A stretch of DNA of 64,000 bases from Zancudomyces culisetae HAW-14-8 (Eukaryota > Fungi > Kickxellomycota), in contig JBNJNM010000012.1 of assembly GCA_052426225.1 (NCBI GenBank), positions 1,488,001-1,552,000 on the forward strand, in the 5' to 3' direction. The position numbers and the translations under genes were made by a program. Below the pieces are notes generated by a model. The model was given only the letters and a program-made list of their open reading frames with translations, was not told the origin of the DNA and made no database searches. Shown here one piece after another: positions 1-10,734 of this stretch (positions are counted from its first letter, which is position 1; the number at the start of each line of letters is the position of its first letter).

Positions 1-189
1 AGAATGTTGCTGTAGAAAAAATCCAGAAGGATAAAAAAAACTTGGCAACACATAATATACTAAATAACCTATAATAAATATTAACTTATATTAAGAGATA
101 AACCTAAATATTAATAAATAGAAATAAATATGTAATTGGTAAGTTATTATTATATAATGTCTAGAGGTAGCTCTAGCCACTATATAACA
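1..189. repeat. Solo LTR, family H (partial at window edge)
   Basis: Ends ...GCCACTATATAACA; near-identical to the 3' part of 918-1377. Confidence 0.6.
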
Positions 190-192
190 ATT

Positions 193-456
193 TGTTAGAT
201 TCAATTTATTATCGATTCTAACTGGTTCTACTAGAGGGGTGGTATTACTAGTCTGGGTTTAACCATTTTAACTAGTTACCACTTTCTAGTCATACATATA
301 AATGGAACCGGAACATTTATATGGGTCAATATTTGACAATTTATTTAAGATTCAAAATAATAATTTCTTAATACTAAATTTTACTAGAAAAACTAATAAA
401 ATCACTAACTATAAAATTAACCAATAGTATGCAAACATTCTATTTTGCATACAACA
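193..456. repeat. Solo LTR-like unit, family U3
   Basis: TGTTAGATTC...GCATACAACA termini; homologous copies at 17870-18130, 21936-22197 (reverse) and 53147-53408. Confidence 0.7.
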
Positions 457-461
457 TATTG

Positions 462-915
462 TGTTAGCGATTTAGGTTCTTAACCACTATAAAGAATATA
501 TTTACTATGTTAACTAATATATACTAAGTACTATTTTTAATCAAGTTTTCGCTATTTATGTTAAAGACTTTAGTAAATAGACCAAACTATGTTTATGTGA
601 TTTATTTGATAACGCTACTACAAGAAAAATATGTAGTATTTAAAATAATATTTTATACTATAATAAACTTAACTATATACCTAAACTACTAATAAACCTA
701 TAACTATTTTTTTTATATTTGTTCATGCCTAGAAAAAATCCGAATATGAAAAAAACTATGCATGAACCTAGAATTTATGAATAAACTAATAATATACTAT
801 AACAGATCAAATATTATGATCTACAAAAAGTAATATAAAATTAATATAATAAAACCAATATTATTAGAAGGTAGATTATATAGTGACTAGAGGTGATCTG
901 CGTCGCTATATAACA
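462..915. repeat. Solo LTR, family H (diverged)
   Basis: TGTTAGCG...GCTATATAACA termini; shares internal motifs (ATACTAAGTACTAT, AAATAGACCAAACT, GACTAGAGGT) with 918-1377. Confidence 0.6.
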
Positions 916-917
916 AT

Positions 918-1377
918 TGTTAGCGAAACACAGGTTTACTTCCCTATTGATTTTTATATATTTATTTTGATAGAAATACTATACTAAGTACTATGTTTAA
1001 AATTGTTTTCACTATAGTAACTATGCTTAAATAAATAGACCAAACTTAATAAACTATATTTAATTGATAATGTAATACTAAATGAATATCTAGCCATATT
1101 TATACATTTTAAAAATGACTATTACAATATTCTGAAATAATTTTATACTAATTAATTAAAAATCCAATAAAATATATATTAAATTGAACTAGAGTGTTCC
1201 TGTAGAATTAATCCAGAATGATAAAAAAAACTAGGCAACACATAATATAATAAATAACCTATAATAAATAATATCTTATATTAAATGATAAACCTAAATA
1301 TTAATATAAAAGTATATGAATAACTGTTAAGTTAAAATTATATAATGACTAGAGGTAGCTCTAGCCACTATATAACA
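918..1377. repeat. Solo LTR, family H
   Basis: TGTTAGCG...ACTATATAACA; abuts its neighbours with 2-4 bp spacers. Confidence 0.6.
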
Positions 1378-1650
1378 ATATTGTTAAATTTCGACCCTTT
1401 CTGCTAGTAGTCGTAGTTATTCGTTAATTCGTTGGTTTAAAATTTAATAGAAAAATTAATTATCTACTTGTTTTGTTCGAAACTCTAACTAACTATTAAG
1501 ACTTGTTTATTCTTTTGGTTATTATTCTTTATTTTTTATTGCTAAAAAGTGTTTTTCCTAAAAAGTTGTTCTTCCAAACTGTAAATAAAATTTTTATCTA
1601 TACTATTTTTTTTTCCAAATATTTTGTTATCTCAATTTTTTTGTGTTATC

Positions 1651-1875
1651 AATTACAATTTGGTTGAATGTAAATGAAAACCATAAGTAATTGTACTTCA
1701 ATCGGAAAAATACGCTTGATGTGTGTGTGTATGCCATCTTTATTTCATTTCGAAAATACTCACCAAATTCTAGAATAGAATTTGATTCGCTAATTTTATG
1801 CTAATAAAATGAGTAAAATTTTATAAAAATTTTTTGCATGAAAATTTTTCACAAATACTTATCAATCTGACTATC
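1651..1875 (-). repeat. DIRS right ITR plus right extension
   Basis: 1689-1875 is the reverse complement of 11873-12059; 1651-1695 is the reverse complement of ICR 2186-2230. Confidence 0.9.
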
Positions 1876-2162
1876 ATACTTGTTTTGAAATTCTTCACCA
1901 TGCGCAGTGTGCTATGTTTTGGACTACTTCAGTGCTACTGTTTGACTACAGTAGTACGCGCGTAGTCCACGCGTAGTACCCTGCTTATCAATTATTAGCA
2001 CTCATAGTAATAAATAGTAATAGTAAATAATATAAATAATAGTAATTATAGGGCGAATAATTGGAAATCGAGATTTAGATTCCAATCTATCCAATCTGAT
2101 TCCTAATCTTAAATCGAGTAATCGTTTTTTGAGCAGGTGTATATTGGGAGTGGATGGGTGGG

Positions 2163-2260
2163 ATCAAGCGTATTTTTCCTCTTCGTACAATTACTTATGG
2201 TTTTCATTTACATTCAACCAAATTGTAATTGTACTTCAATCGGAAAAATACGCTTGATGT
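2163..2260 (-). promoter_or_regulatory. DIRS internal complementary region (ICR)
   Basis: Fuses the complement of the right extension and the left ITR end at TAATT; bounded by a 17-bp inverted repeat ATCAAGCGTATTTTTCC. Confidence 0.88.
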
Positions 2261-2818
2261 TCATTCAGAGTTATTCCTAAATATAGATTCGGTTAGATTG
2301 GTTCGAGATTCTCGTGACAATCTGTAGAACGAATCGAAAACGAGTCTAGACGACCAAAACCCGTGTGCGACTATATCATCGATGTTTGCTCCTGCATCCG
2401 TTGCGATTGTAGATCCCAATGCCCTAGCTTTAGGTCTTTTGATTCCTTTCGGTAATTTAATCAAATCAATAAAGAAATTTATATGTTTACCGATCCTCTG
2501 TGCTCCGATTTTGTTGTTTTTGTTGTTGATCGCCCTGATGAGGTAGACAATGTTGGTATTGTTGTTCCTAGGGTGGGGTGATGCAGATGTAAATGCATCT
2601 GGACCCAATCTGTTAACATACTCGATTTATGTTAGCACTGGACATAGGTAAGCGAGTGAATGCTTGTGGATAGTGACTGTCTTGGTGATGGATAGACCCA
2701 TTCGTTTCTCTTTAGGTTCCACAACCGTGAGCCTTATAAATCTTTCTGTCACTGTCGTCATGCTTTGGTCAATCCTTTCAATGTCACTCGGTCTCATGAA
2801 GCCACATATACCGAGAAG
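2261..2818 (-). pseudogene. DIRS tyrosine recombinase, C-terminal part
   Basis: Removing the LTR element and one GAAAC copy restores QKLCF-LLGICGFMRPSDIERID...; premature TAA at 2627-2629; HGFW...FDSFY catalytic region. Confidence 0.88.
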
Positions 2819-2823
2819 GAAAC

Positions 2824-3179
2824 TGTCAAAACTGGTTTAGGAATATTTAGTTTAGTACTATTTTTTTTTTATTTATATAAGACAATTGTTGTCAGATAAG
2901 GAATAGAAATTTTAAGGAAAAAACTAGGGTTTTTATACTTATAAAAAAGTTAGAAACTTGAATAAAAATTATTGCTTCTATCGCTTGATTACTAATCAAA
3001 ATTTTCTAGTCAGGAACTTATTATTAAAATTATTATGTAATAATAAAATTTCTAGAAAGTTTTAGAAAATCATGAAATGATAATTACGAATTTATTAATT
3101 AAAATTCGTAATTTAAACTTACCAATAAAATAAATAGACACAACGGTCTAGAATTTAATTATATTTTATGGTTATGACA
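2824..3179 (-). repeat. 3' LTR of element A
   Basis: Direct repeat of 8015-8370. Confidence 0.97.
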
Positions 3180-3191
3180 GTATCTCCCTCT

Positions 3192-6100
3192 TTAATGGTG
3201 AGCACCGCGAGGCTTAGGTCTTGTGGGGTTCCGCAGATGATAGTCCTTGACTAACTCTTGTGCATTTTCTAAGTTTATGGCAGGTTCCCACGATCTAGAG
3301 TCTATATCGTATCCCTTCCAATCAACTAGGTACTCAAGCTTGTTGTACCTGACTCTGCTATCAAGTATCTGTTCTACTTCATATTCATTTTGACCATTTA
3401 TAACTATAGGGGGAGGGGTTTCTTGAATACGATCCATGGTTTCTTTTCTTACGACTGGTTCCAGAAGTGAGATATTGAATACTGGATGTATGCGCATGGA
3501 GTCCGGCAGTTCCAGCTTGTAGGCAGAGTTTCCAACTTTTTGGATGACTTTGTATGGACCAATTTTAGTATAATCCAACTTGTTGTTTGGTCTAGTAGTT
3601 TTGATGTATTTTTTGTTGAGCCATACAAATGAACCGATAGGGAAGTCAGGGGGTTGCATTCTTTTCTTGTTATATGCTTTAGCATATCTAGTATTAGCTT
3701 CTTTTATATTTTGGATCAACTTTTTATGTGTAATAGAAATGATGGAAGCGAGGTCAGATGCTGCAGGTGAATGTGATATGGATGATATCTTTAAGTTGGG
3801 GAGAGAAGTTGGATGGTATCCAAAGTTAGCGAAGAAAGGGCTGAACTTCGTTGTAGAATGTTGTGAGTTGTTATAGGAGTATTCAGCTAGCGACAGCAGC
3901 TCGGACCAGTTGTTTTGATTGTAGTTACAGTAGAATCGTAGGTATTGTTCTAAAACCTGGTTGACACGCTCGGTTTGGCCATCTGACTGAGGATGAAAGG
4001 CTGTGGATAAATTTGTTTTTATGTTTAGTAGTTTCATGAGGGTTGACCAAAATTTTGAAGTAAATATAGAACCTCTGTCAGATACAATATTTGTGGGGAG
4101 ACCATGTAGTCGGTATATGTGAGTGAGAAACAGTTTAGCAGTTTGGGAAGCACTAATCGTATTTGTTGTTGGTATAAAATGGGACATCTTAGTAAACCGA
4201 TCTACAACAACTAAGATAGCAATATATCCATGGGAGTCAGGTAAGCTCACAATAAAATCCATAGATATGGACTCCCATGGTTTAAGGGGCACTGGTAGGG
4301 ATTGCAGGTATCCATATGGTTTATGTCGTGAAATTTTGCATCTATTGCATAGGTCGCAAGTTGCTATGTAATCTTCTACGAATCTTCTCATGCTTGGCCA
4401 GTAATAATTTCTGGTGATGAGTTCTAAGGTCTTTAATCTTCCTAAGTGACCAGCAGTGTTTGAGTTATGATGGTTGTAGAGTATTTGTAGCTTGATGTTG
4501 TTACTATTTGGTACATAAAGTAGTCCTTTGTAAAATAGTAGTCCATTGGTTAATTTGAAGTCAGACAGGCGTTTTGATAAAATAGGTGGAGGTCTAAGCT
4601 TAGGGTTTTGTAGGTGTTTGAATATGGTATAGACGTAGGGGTCTATTGAGTAGGCATTTTCAATATCTGTTATCAAGTTATCATTGTTTTGTAGTCGTTC
4701 TACTGCTGAAATAATCAATTGTTCCGGCTTTAATAGAACGTTACTGTTAGTTATAGCACCATCCCCCTCTTTAGGGTAATGGTCCGGACGACGAGATAAA
4801 GCATCAGGTTTTCCGTTTTGAGATCCAGGTGCATATTTGATTACGAAGTCATAATTTCCTAGAAGTTCGGACCATCTTGCTTGTCGTCGGTTCAGTGTTT
4901 TCGTTGTAGTGAAGTAGACCAAGTTTTTGTGGTCAGTAATAACTGTTATTTGATGTTGCGCACCTTCCAGATATGCTCTCCACTCCTTGAATGCTTCAAC
5001 TATTGCAAGAATCTCCTTATCGTAAATTTCATAGTTCAATTCGGCGGGCTGTAGCTTCCGTGAATAGTATGCGATGGGATGCATAATATTATTTTCGTCT
5101 GTCTGTGAAATTACTCCTCCCAGAGCAAAATCGGAAGCGTCAGTTTCTACTGTAATAGGTTTGTTCGGATCAAAGTACTTCAATATTGGTGCAGAGGTGA
5201 AAGCCTTTTTGAGAGCTTCGAACGAGGACTGAGCTATGTCGGACCAGTCCCACTTCATATTTTTTTGAAGTAGTTTAGTAATTGGGGTAACGATTGCAGA
5301 AAAGTTTTTGATGAATCGGCGATAGAAATTTGCAAACCCGAGGAAAGACTGAATATCTTTTACACAGGTTGGGGTGGGCCAGTTGTTAACAGCATCTGTT
5401 TTGCATGGGTCCATTTGTACGCCGTCATCAGAGACAATGTATCCTAAAAACTCTACGCTACGTTTATGAAATGTGCATTTTTCTAATTTTGCATATAATG
5501 AGTATTTTCGTAGACGTGAAAGTACTTCTCGGACGTGAGTGATGTGATCTTCAAGGTGGTTACTATATATAAGGACATCATCTAAGTAAGCTACTGCGAA
5601 TTTATCCAAACAATCAGATAGAACGTCGTTCATAAGGTGTTGAAAAGAAGCAGGAGCGTTGCAGAGGCCAAAAGGCATGACCTGGTATTCGTAATGCCCA
5701 TACCGGGTTCGGAATGCCGTTTTCCATTCTTCGCCTTCAGCAATTCTTATTAAGTTGTAGGCACCACGTAAATCTATCTTTGTAAATATCTTAGCTTGTC
5801 TGAATCTGTCTAGGAGTTCGCTGATAAGAGGTAGAGGATATCGATTCTTTATTGTTACTTTGTTTAGCCCTCTGTAGTCTACGCATAACCTTAGCGAACC
5901 ATCCTTTTTCTTTACAAATAGTATAGGTGCACCGGCTGGTGACGACGAAGATCGGATAAAGCCCTTATCTAAATTCTCCTTAAGATATTCTCTAAGTGCC
6001 GATAACTCTAGTTCCGATAGGGAGTATATGGGTCCAAATGGCGGTACCGAATTAGGTTCTAAGGGTATCTTATGGTCGTATGACCTGTGAGGAGGTAATT

Positions 6101-7040
6101 GATCGGAGAAGGTTTTGTCGAATATATCTTGGAAGTCTAGGTATTCAGGGGGGATGGATACATATTTCGAATCAATATGATTGTGGTTTACGAGATTCAT
6201 AGGAGCATTATCCAGATCACTAATGTTTGCAAATATTTGTAAAGGATTATTACAATTACTTTTGCAAAATTCTGAGTTAAAATCCAGTTTGTCCTTAGGC
6301 CATTCGATTTGTGGGTTATGAAGTTTAAGCCAGTTAATACCAATAATCAATGAGTATTTACCTAACTTAGTTACATCAAAACTAATCGTTTCGTGATGGT
6401 GATATGTTTGTAGTTGTAAAGGAATTGTGTTGTGAGTGATAGATCCAGATGAAATTGATCTACCATCGATTACTAATAGTGGGATAGGAACTTCTTTCTT
6501 TAGTAGCGGGATGTTAACTTTAATAGCAAACTCGGAGTCAATAAAACAGCTAGTGGCACCGGAATCGATCATAGCATTTAGTTTTAAGCTCTTGTTGGCT
6601 ATGAATAAGGTAACAGGGATTACTAAATGTTCGTTAGTAGTCGAAGTCATTATAGACGTTAGTGGTTGATCAATTGTAGAAGTATTGATATCATCAAAGT
6701 TGTTCGAGTTTGTTCTTGCAGATGGTAAATTATTAAGTACGAGATGGGATTCGAGGTCCAATTCATTTTCGGAATCGGAGTCAAGGTATGATGAATATTC
6801 AGATAACATATAGGATTCAAGTTCAGATTCAGATTCAGGTTCAGGTTCAGGTTCAGGTTCAGGTTCAAAAATTTTAGAATTAATAAGGCAGTCGTCAAAA
6901 TCTTGGTGGGTAGATTCCGGTTGATAAGAAGTGGAATAAAGGTTCAGGACTTGTGGGATTGGACCAGGGGAGGACGGTTTGTAATGTTCGATAAAGCCCA
7001 GAGGTACGTCCTTTAAACGTTCTGGGCTGGAGAGTTTTCC
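3192..7040 (-). CDS. pol: Pol (protease-RT-RNase H-integrase-chromodomain), reached by -1 frameshift
   Basis: IDSGA protease, YLDD RT, ETDAS RNase H, HHCC/DDE integrase, EYEVEQILD...YLVDWKGY chromodomain; frame is open from the GGAAAAC site (7034-7040) through ORF 3192-6809. Confidence 0.95.
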   Translation of the reverse strand, partial: GKLSSPERLKDVPLGFIEHYKPSSPGPIPQVLNLYSTSYQPESTHQDFDDCLINSKIFEPEPEPEPEPESESELESYMLSEYSSYLDSDSENELDLESHLVLNNLPSARTNSNNFDDINTSTIDQPLTSIMTSTTNEHLVIPVTLFIANKSLKLNAMIDSGATSCFIDSEFAIKVNIPLLKKEVPIPLLVIDGRSISSGSITHNTIPLQLQTYHHHETISFDVTKLGKYSLIIGINWLKLHNPQIEWPKDKLDFNSEFCKSNCNNPLQIFANISDLDNAPMNLVNHNHIDSKYVSIPPEYLDFQDIFDKTFSDQLPPHRSYDHKIPLEPNSVPPFGPIYSLSELELSALREYLKENLDKGFIRSSSSPAGAPILFVKKKDGSLRLCVDYRGLNKVTIKNRYPLPLISELLDRFRQAKIFTKIDLRGAYNLIRIAEGEEWKTAFRTRYGHYEYQVMPFGLCNAPASFQHLMNDVLSDCLDKFAVAYLDDVLIYSNHLEDHITHVREVLSRLRKYSLYAKLEKCTFHKRSVEFLGYIVSDDGVQMDPCKTDAVNNWPTPTCVKDIQSFLGFANFYRRFIKNFSAIVTPITKLLQKNMKWDWSDIAQSSFEALKKAFTSAPILKYFDPNKPITVETDASDFALGGVISQTDENNIMHPIAYYSRKLQPAELNYEIYDKEILAIVEAFKEWRAYLEGAQHQITVITDHKNLVYFTTTKTLNRRQARWSELLGNYDFVIKYAPGSQNGKPDALSRRPDHYPKEGDGAITNSNVLLKPEQLIISAVERLQNNDNLITDIENAYSIDPYVYTIFKHLQNPKLRPPPILSKRLSDFKLTNGLLFYKGLLYVPNSNNIKLQILYNHHNSNTAGHLGRLKTLELITRNYYWPSMRRFVEDYIATCDLCNRCKISRHKPYGYLQSLPVPLKPWESISMDFIVSLPDSHGYIAILVVVDRFTKMSHFIPTTNTISASQTAKLFLTHIYRLHGLPTNIVSDRGSIFTSKFWSTLMKLLNIKTNLSTAFHPQSDGQTERVNQVLEQYLRFYCNYNQNNWSELLSLAEYSYNNSQHSTTKFSPFFANFGYHPTSLPNLKISSISHSPAASDLASIISITHKKLIQNIKEANTRYAKAYNKKRMQPPDFPIGSFVWLNKKYIKTTRPNNKLDYTKIGPYKVIQKVGNSAYKLELPDSMRIHPVFNISLLEPVVRKETMDRIQETPPPIVINGQNEYEVEQILDSRVRYNKLEYLVDWKGYDIDSRSWEPAINLENAQELVKDYHLRNPTRPKPRGAHH
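6815..6867 (-). repeat. (GAACCT)n hexamer repeat encoding EP/ES repeats in the gag-pol linker
   Basis: TTCAGG/TTCAGA tandem units on the + strand. Confidence 0.85.
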
Positions 7041-7975
7041 TGTGTGGTGGTGGCAGCGAGAGTAATTGTGGATCTATTTTGTGGGCGTCTGGGACAGATC
7101 GCTATGATGTGGTCAGGGTTACCACAATACAAGCAGAGGTTGTTGTCACGGCGTCTTTGGCGTTCTTCAGGTGTTATGGGTGGGCGGCGTGTGGATGTTC
7201 CGTCAATTTCCATGGGCTGTGTGCGTGGTTGGTGTGGACTTGTAGGGTCTGATCTGGGTATTGTAGACTGGTTAAAGGCGAAGCGGCTGCGATGGGTTCT
7301 TTCTAATTGTCTTTCGAAGAGTCTGTTGTCTACCTTGATAGAAAGATCAATTAGTTCGTTGAGGTTTTCAGGTCTGTCAAATCTTGCCAGTTGATCCTTG
7401 ACTTCATCCTTGAGCCCTTCATAATATTGGCTACAAAGGGCGGAGTCGTTCCAATTGGTTAACGTAGAAAGGCGACGGAAGTCAGTCGCGTAGTTGACAG
7501 CAGAATTGGTTTGGCGAAGCCTTCTTAATTGTCTTTCGGCAGTAGACGCTTGATGTGGGTTGCCAAACACTCTATGTAGTTCTTCAGTAAATAGTTCAAA
7601 ATTTGTAAGCATAGGTACCGGTGTACGGGACTCGAGGTAGGGTTGTAGCCACGAGAAGGCTGCACCACGAAGGAAGGTAGATGCAAAAACAACTTTTTGC
7701 TTGTCTGAAGGGAACCGAGATGGCTGTGCTTCGATTACGAGATTGACTTGTGAAATGAAATTGCGGAGATGATCTCTGTTACCATTATAGTATTCGGGAT
7801 CTGCTACTCTGGGTTCACGAGAAACGGTCATGGATTGAACGTGTCCAGGGTTGGCTAAAGAGTCTACACGGCTTTGCAAGTCTCCTAGACGGTTAAACAT
7901 GCGATGGAGTTCGTTGTACTCGCGGACAGTCATCATGACTGGTGCGTCTAAATCTTCAATGTGTGTGTCCGACAT
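7013..7975 (-). CDS. gag: Gag with CCHC zinc knuckle
   Basis: Retrotransposon gag domain, PMEID motif, CLYCGNPDHIIAIC; probable start MSDTH. Confidence 0.93.
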   Translation of the reverse strand: MSDTHIEDLDAPVMMTVREYNELHRMFNRLGDLQSRVDSLANPGHVQSMTVSREPRVADPEYYNGNRDHLRNFISQVNLVIEAQPSRFPSDKQKVVFASTFLRGAAFSWLQPYLESRTPVPMLTNFELFTEELHRVFGNPHQASTAERQLRRLRQTNSAVNYATDFRRLSTLTNWNDSALCSQYYEGLKDEVKDQLARFDRPENLNELIDLSIKVDNRLFERQLERTHRSRFAFNQSTIPRSDPTSPHQPRTQPMEIDGTSTRRPPITPEERQRRRDNNLCLYCGNPDHIIAICPRRPQNRSTITLAATTTQENSPAQNV

Positions 7976-8014
7976 GGCTTGGAATAGTAGTAAACTGTTA
8001 TGGATCTGACAAAC

Positions 8015-8370
8015 TGTCAAAACTGGTTTAGGAATATTTAGTTTAGTACTATTTTTTTTTTATTTATATAAGACAATTGTTGTCAGATAAGGAATAGAAA
8101 TTTTAAGGAAAAAACTAGGGTTTTTATACTTATAAAAAAGTTAGAAACTTGAATAAAAATTATTGCTTCTATCGCTTGATTACTAATCAAAATTTTCTAG
8201 TCAGGAACTTATTATTAAAATTATTATGTAATAATAAAATTTCTAGAAAGTTTTAGAAAATCATGAAATGATAATTACGAATTTATTAATTAAAATTCGT
8301 AATTTAAACTTACCAATAAAATAAATAGACACAACGGTCTAGAATTTAATTATATTTTATGGTTATGACA
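8015..8370 (-). repeat. 5' LTR of element A
   Basis: Direct repeat of 2824-3179; TATAAAAA on the minus strand at 8121-8128. Confidence 0.97.
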
Positions 8371-9647
8371 GAAACAAAGCTTCTGAGTAAGCCTATGGAC
8401 ACTAAGTTGAGTGTTAGGTCCCCAGTCCCTTAGAGTTTTAGCTATAGGTGTTATGTCATAGTGATTAGAAGATAGGTTAATAGTTTTTAGAGTGTTAATT
8501 GATTGAATAAACTCTTTATACAACCAACTGTCGTTAATGATCCTTCTGTCTGGTAGCAAGTTAGTTATAGCTGCACATTGTATTTTATCGTGTTATAGGA
8601 CCATTTTAAGTTATATCGTCCATCCGATAAGTAGTTTATGACGTCTGAAGCGGAGACCTTGTCCATAGTAATAGATAACTCGCTGATGTAAGCGAAAAAC
8701 TTCCTCTGAGCTAGGGAGTAACGTCTATCAAGGTGGATAGACTTGTGATTACTGGTAATAAGCGTCAAGGCATGATCGTTGAGTCCCGCTTCGACATACC
8801 GTGACCGCTTAACCTCCAAGCGGCTAGCCTCCAGCTCTTGTTCTTGTTCATGAGGCGTTTTCCGCTTGAGGGGTCTGCTAGAACTTCCCGGGCAGGGATC
8901 AGAAGTGGACTGGAGGTCGACAGGGCCCTGAGATCCGGGAACCAAAGGCTCGACTTCCAGTATGGGGTCACCAAGGTCACGGAAAGTTTCTCCCTCCTGA
9001 CCTTTTGGATGACCTGGGGTATCAAGTTCCATGGAGGACAGATGTAAGGGTTCCTCCATGGGTTCCAATGGTAACGGAGAGCATTGGAGGCTACCGCCAA
9101 CGGGTCCCTGTACCAGGTCATGTACAAGGGAACCTTTTTGTTGGTCGCTGAGGCAAATAGATCGATGTCGTGGCGACCGAAAATCCGATATATCTTGCTG
9201 AACATCCTGGGAGATATCTCCCATTCCACTTGCGCTGTCAGTCTGGATGGCGCATCTGCTGGATTGATCGCTGAAGGGATGTAATCGATCTGTGGGCGTG
9301 TCCTCGACGTCAAACAGAAGTTCCATAAACCTTCGGCTACCTCCAAAAGTTTCGAGGAGCGAGTCCCACCTTGATTCTTGGCGTATGCGATCGTCGCATT
9401 GTTGTCGCAATAGAGCAGAATGCTCCTTCCTATGACTTCTGGAAGCCTGAGAGCCATCTGAACTACCTGTAGTTCCTTGACATTGATCGGCTGCTGGCTC
9501 CAAAACTTGTCCCATGTCCCACTGTATGTTCTGATGTCTGTCACTATGCCCCATCCCTTGTCGCTGGCGTCCGTAAATATCTCCTTGGAGGGAACTTCGG
9601 GTATAAATGACCTCCCGTTCCACTGTTTGAGCTGTGTAGCCCACCAT
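8371..9647 (-). pseudogene. DIRS tyrosine recombinase, N-terminal part (overlaps RNase H/MT; frameshift near 8565)
   Basis: ORFs 8565-9647 and 8350-8559 are collinear with the YR at 62432-63160. Confidence 0.8.
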
Positions 9648-10710
9648 TTCAGGTTCTCGATGGCTGGAGGAGGTAGAAAAACTGTCGCATTCCAGTCTCC
9701 ATGTTCCTTGAGGTCCCTGATCTTGGCCTCCTGAAGGCGCCTAAGCCTGAGACGACCCGGGAGCAGCGCAATCGAAAGCGACTGGGCCCTCCCAATGAAT
9801 GATGCCAGGTTTCTGAGGGAAGCTGACCCGCGATTGATCAGATTCGCGGTTTCCCGTCTGAGATCCCGCTTCTTGTCCTTGGGGACCTTCAGTGACATCT
9901 CGCGGCTGTTGATAGTCATCCCCAAGTGATCGATAACTTGGCTTGGGATTAGGGATGACTTTGACTCCTTGATCAAGAAGCCTACCTTTGCCAGTTTTTT
10001 GAGGAGGAGGCTGACGTTTTGGGCACACCGGTCTTTTGAGTCGCCCAAGACCAGCAAATCGTCTAGATAAGCTGTCAATCTGATTCCTCTCTGCCTCGCC
10101 CATCTGAGCACGGGCTTCAGGACCTTCGTGAAGGTCCAGGGACTTAAAGAGAGACCGAAGGGAAGGACTCGGAACTGGTACAGCTTCCTTCCCCAGGTAA
10201 ACCTTACGTATTTTCTTGATGCCTTGTTCAATAATACGTGGAGGAAGGCATCTCTTAAGTCGATACTTGCCATCCAGTCCTTTCTCTTGATAATCCTGCA
10301 GGTTTGCTGCAGTGTTTCCATCTTGAAGGACCGGGGAGGGACGTATTGGTTGAGGGGTTTTAGGTTCAAAACCGTTCTCAACTCTCCTGATTTCTTTGGG
10401 ACGAGGAAGAGGCTTGAGTAGAAGCGTTTCTGGTTGCTTCTGCCCACTTCCTCGATGGCCCTCTTGGCCAAGAGGCTTATGATCTCTGCCTCTAAGGTCT
10501 CTCTGGCTGCTCTGCTCGCCGGAGGTGGTCTCGACCGTGGCTGCGACGTGGTCGGTGGTTGGGTATGGAAGGGGGTTCTGAATCCCTCGGCTATCACGGA
10601 CTGTACCCATCTGTCGTCTGTGAGTCTTTGCCAGGCTGCCTGGTACTGGGCAAGCCTTCCTCCTACTGTCTCTTCGCTGCCCTGTGCTTGGATCCAAAAG
10701 GGCGAGGGGC
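8765..10710 (-). CDS. pol: DIRS pol: RT, RNase H and Dam-like methyltransferase domain
   Basis: GGRL...W N-terminal motif, LPFGL and YLDD (RT), FTDAS...INVKEL...CDN (RNase H), DLFAS...CPPW (MT); frame open from ~10710. Confidence 0.92.
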
Positions 10711-10734
10711 ACTAGAGTTGAGAGTTTGAGGGCG

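Larger units (their letters stand above)
2824..8370 (-). mobile_element. Intact Ty3/Gypsy chromovirus (element A)
   Basis: 356-bp LTRs that look identical (TGT...ACA), 5-bp TSD GAAAC (2819-2823 and 8371-8375), PPT at 3180-3194, intact gag and pol. Confidence 0.97.

Noticed and set aside
1905-1982. GACTAC/GTAGT(A/C)C/ACGCG short repeats in the DIRS 3' region
   Set aside because: No counterpart in the second DIRS, so function is unsupported
6659-6898. ORF with an NLNLNL repeat
   Set aside because: Alternative-frame reading of the GAACCT hexamer repeat in the pol linker
3449-7394. Short ORFs antisense to or overlapping gag/pol (also within 8838-10715, 13744-17311, 31192-35031 and 57619-61768)
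   Set aside because: Shadow ORFs of retroelement coding strands with no independent motifs
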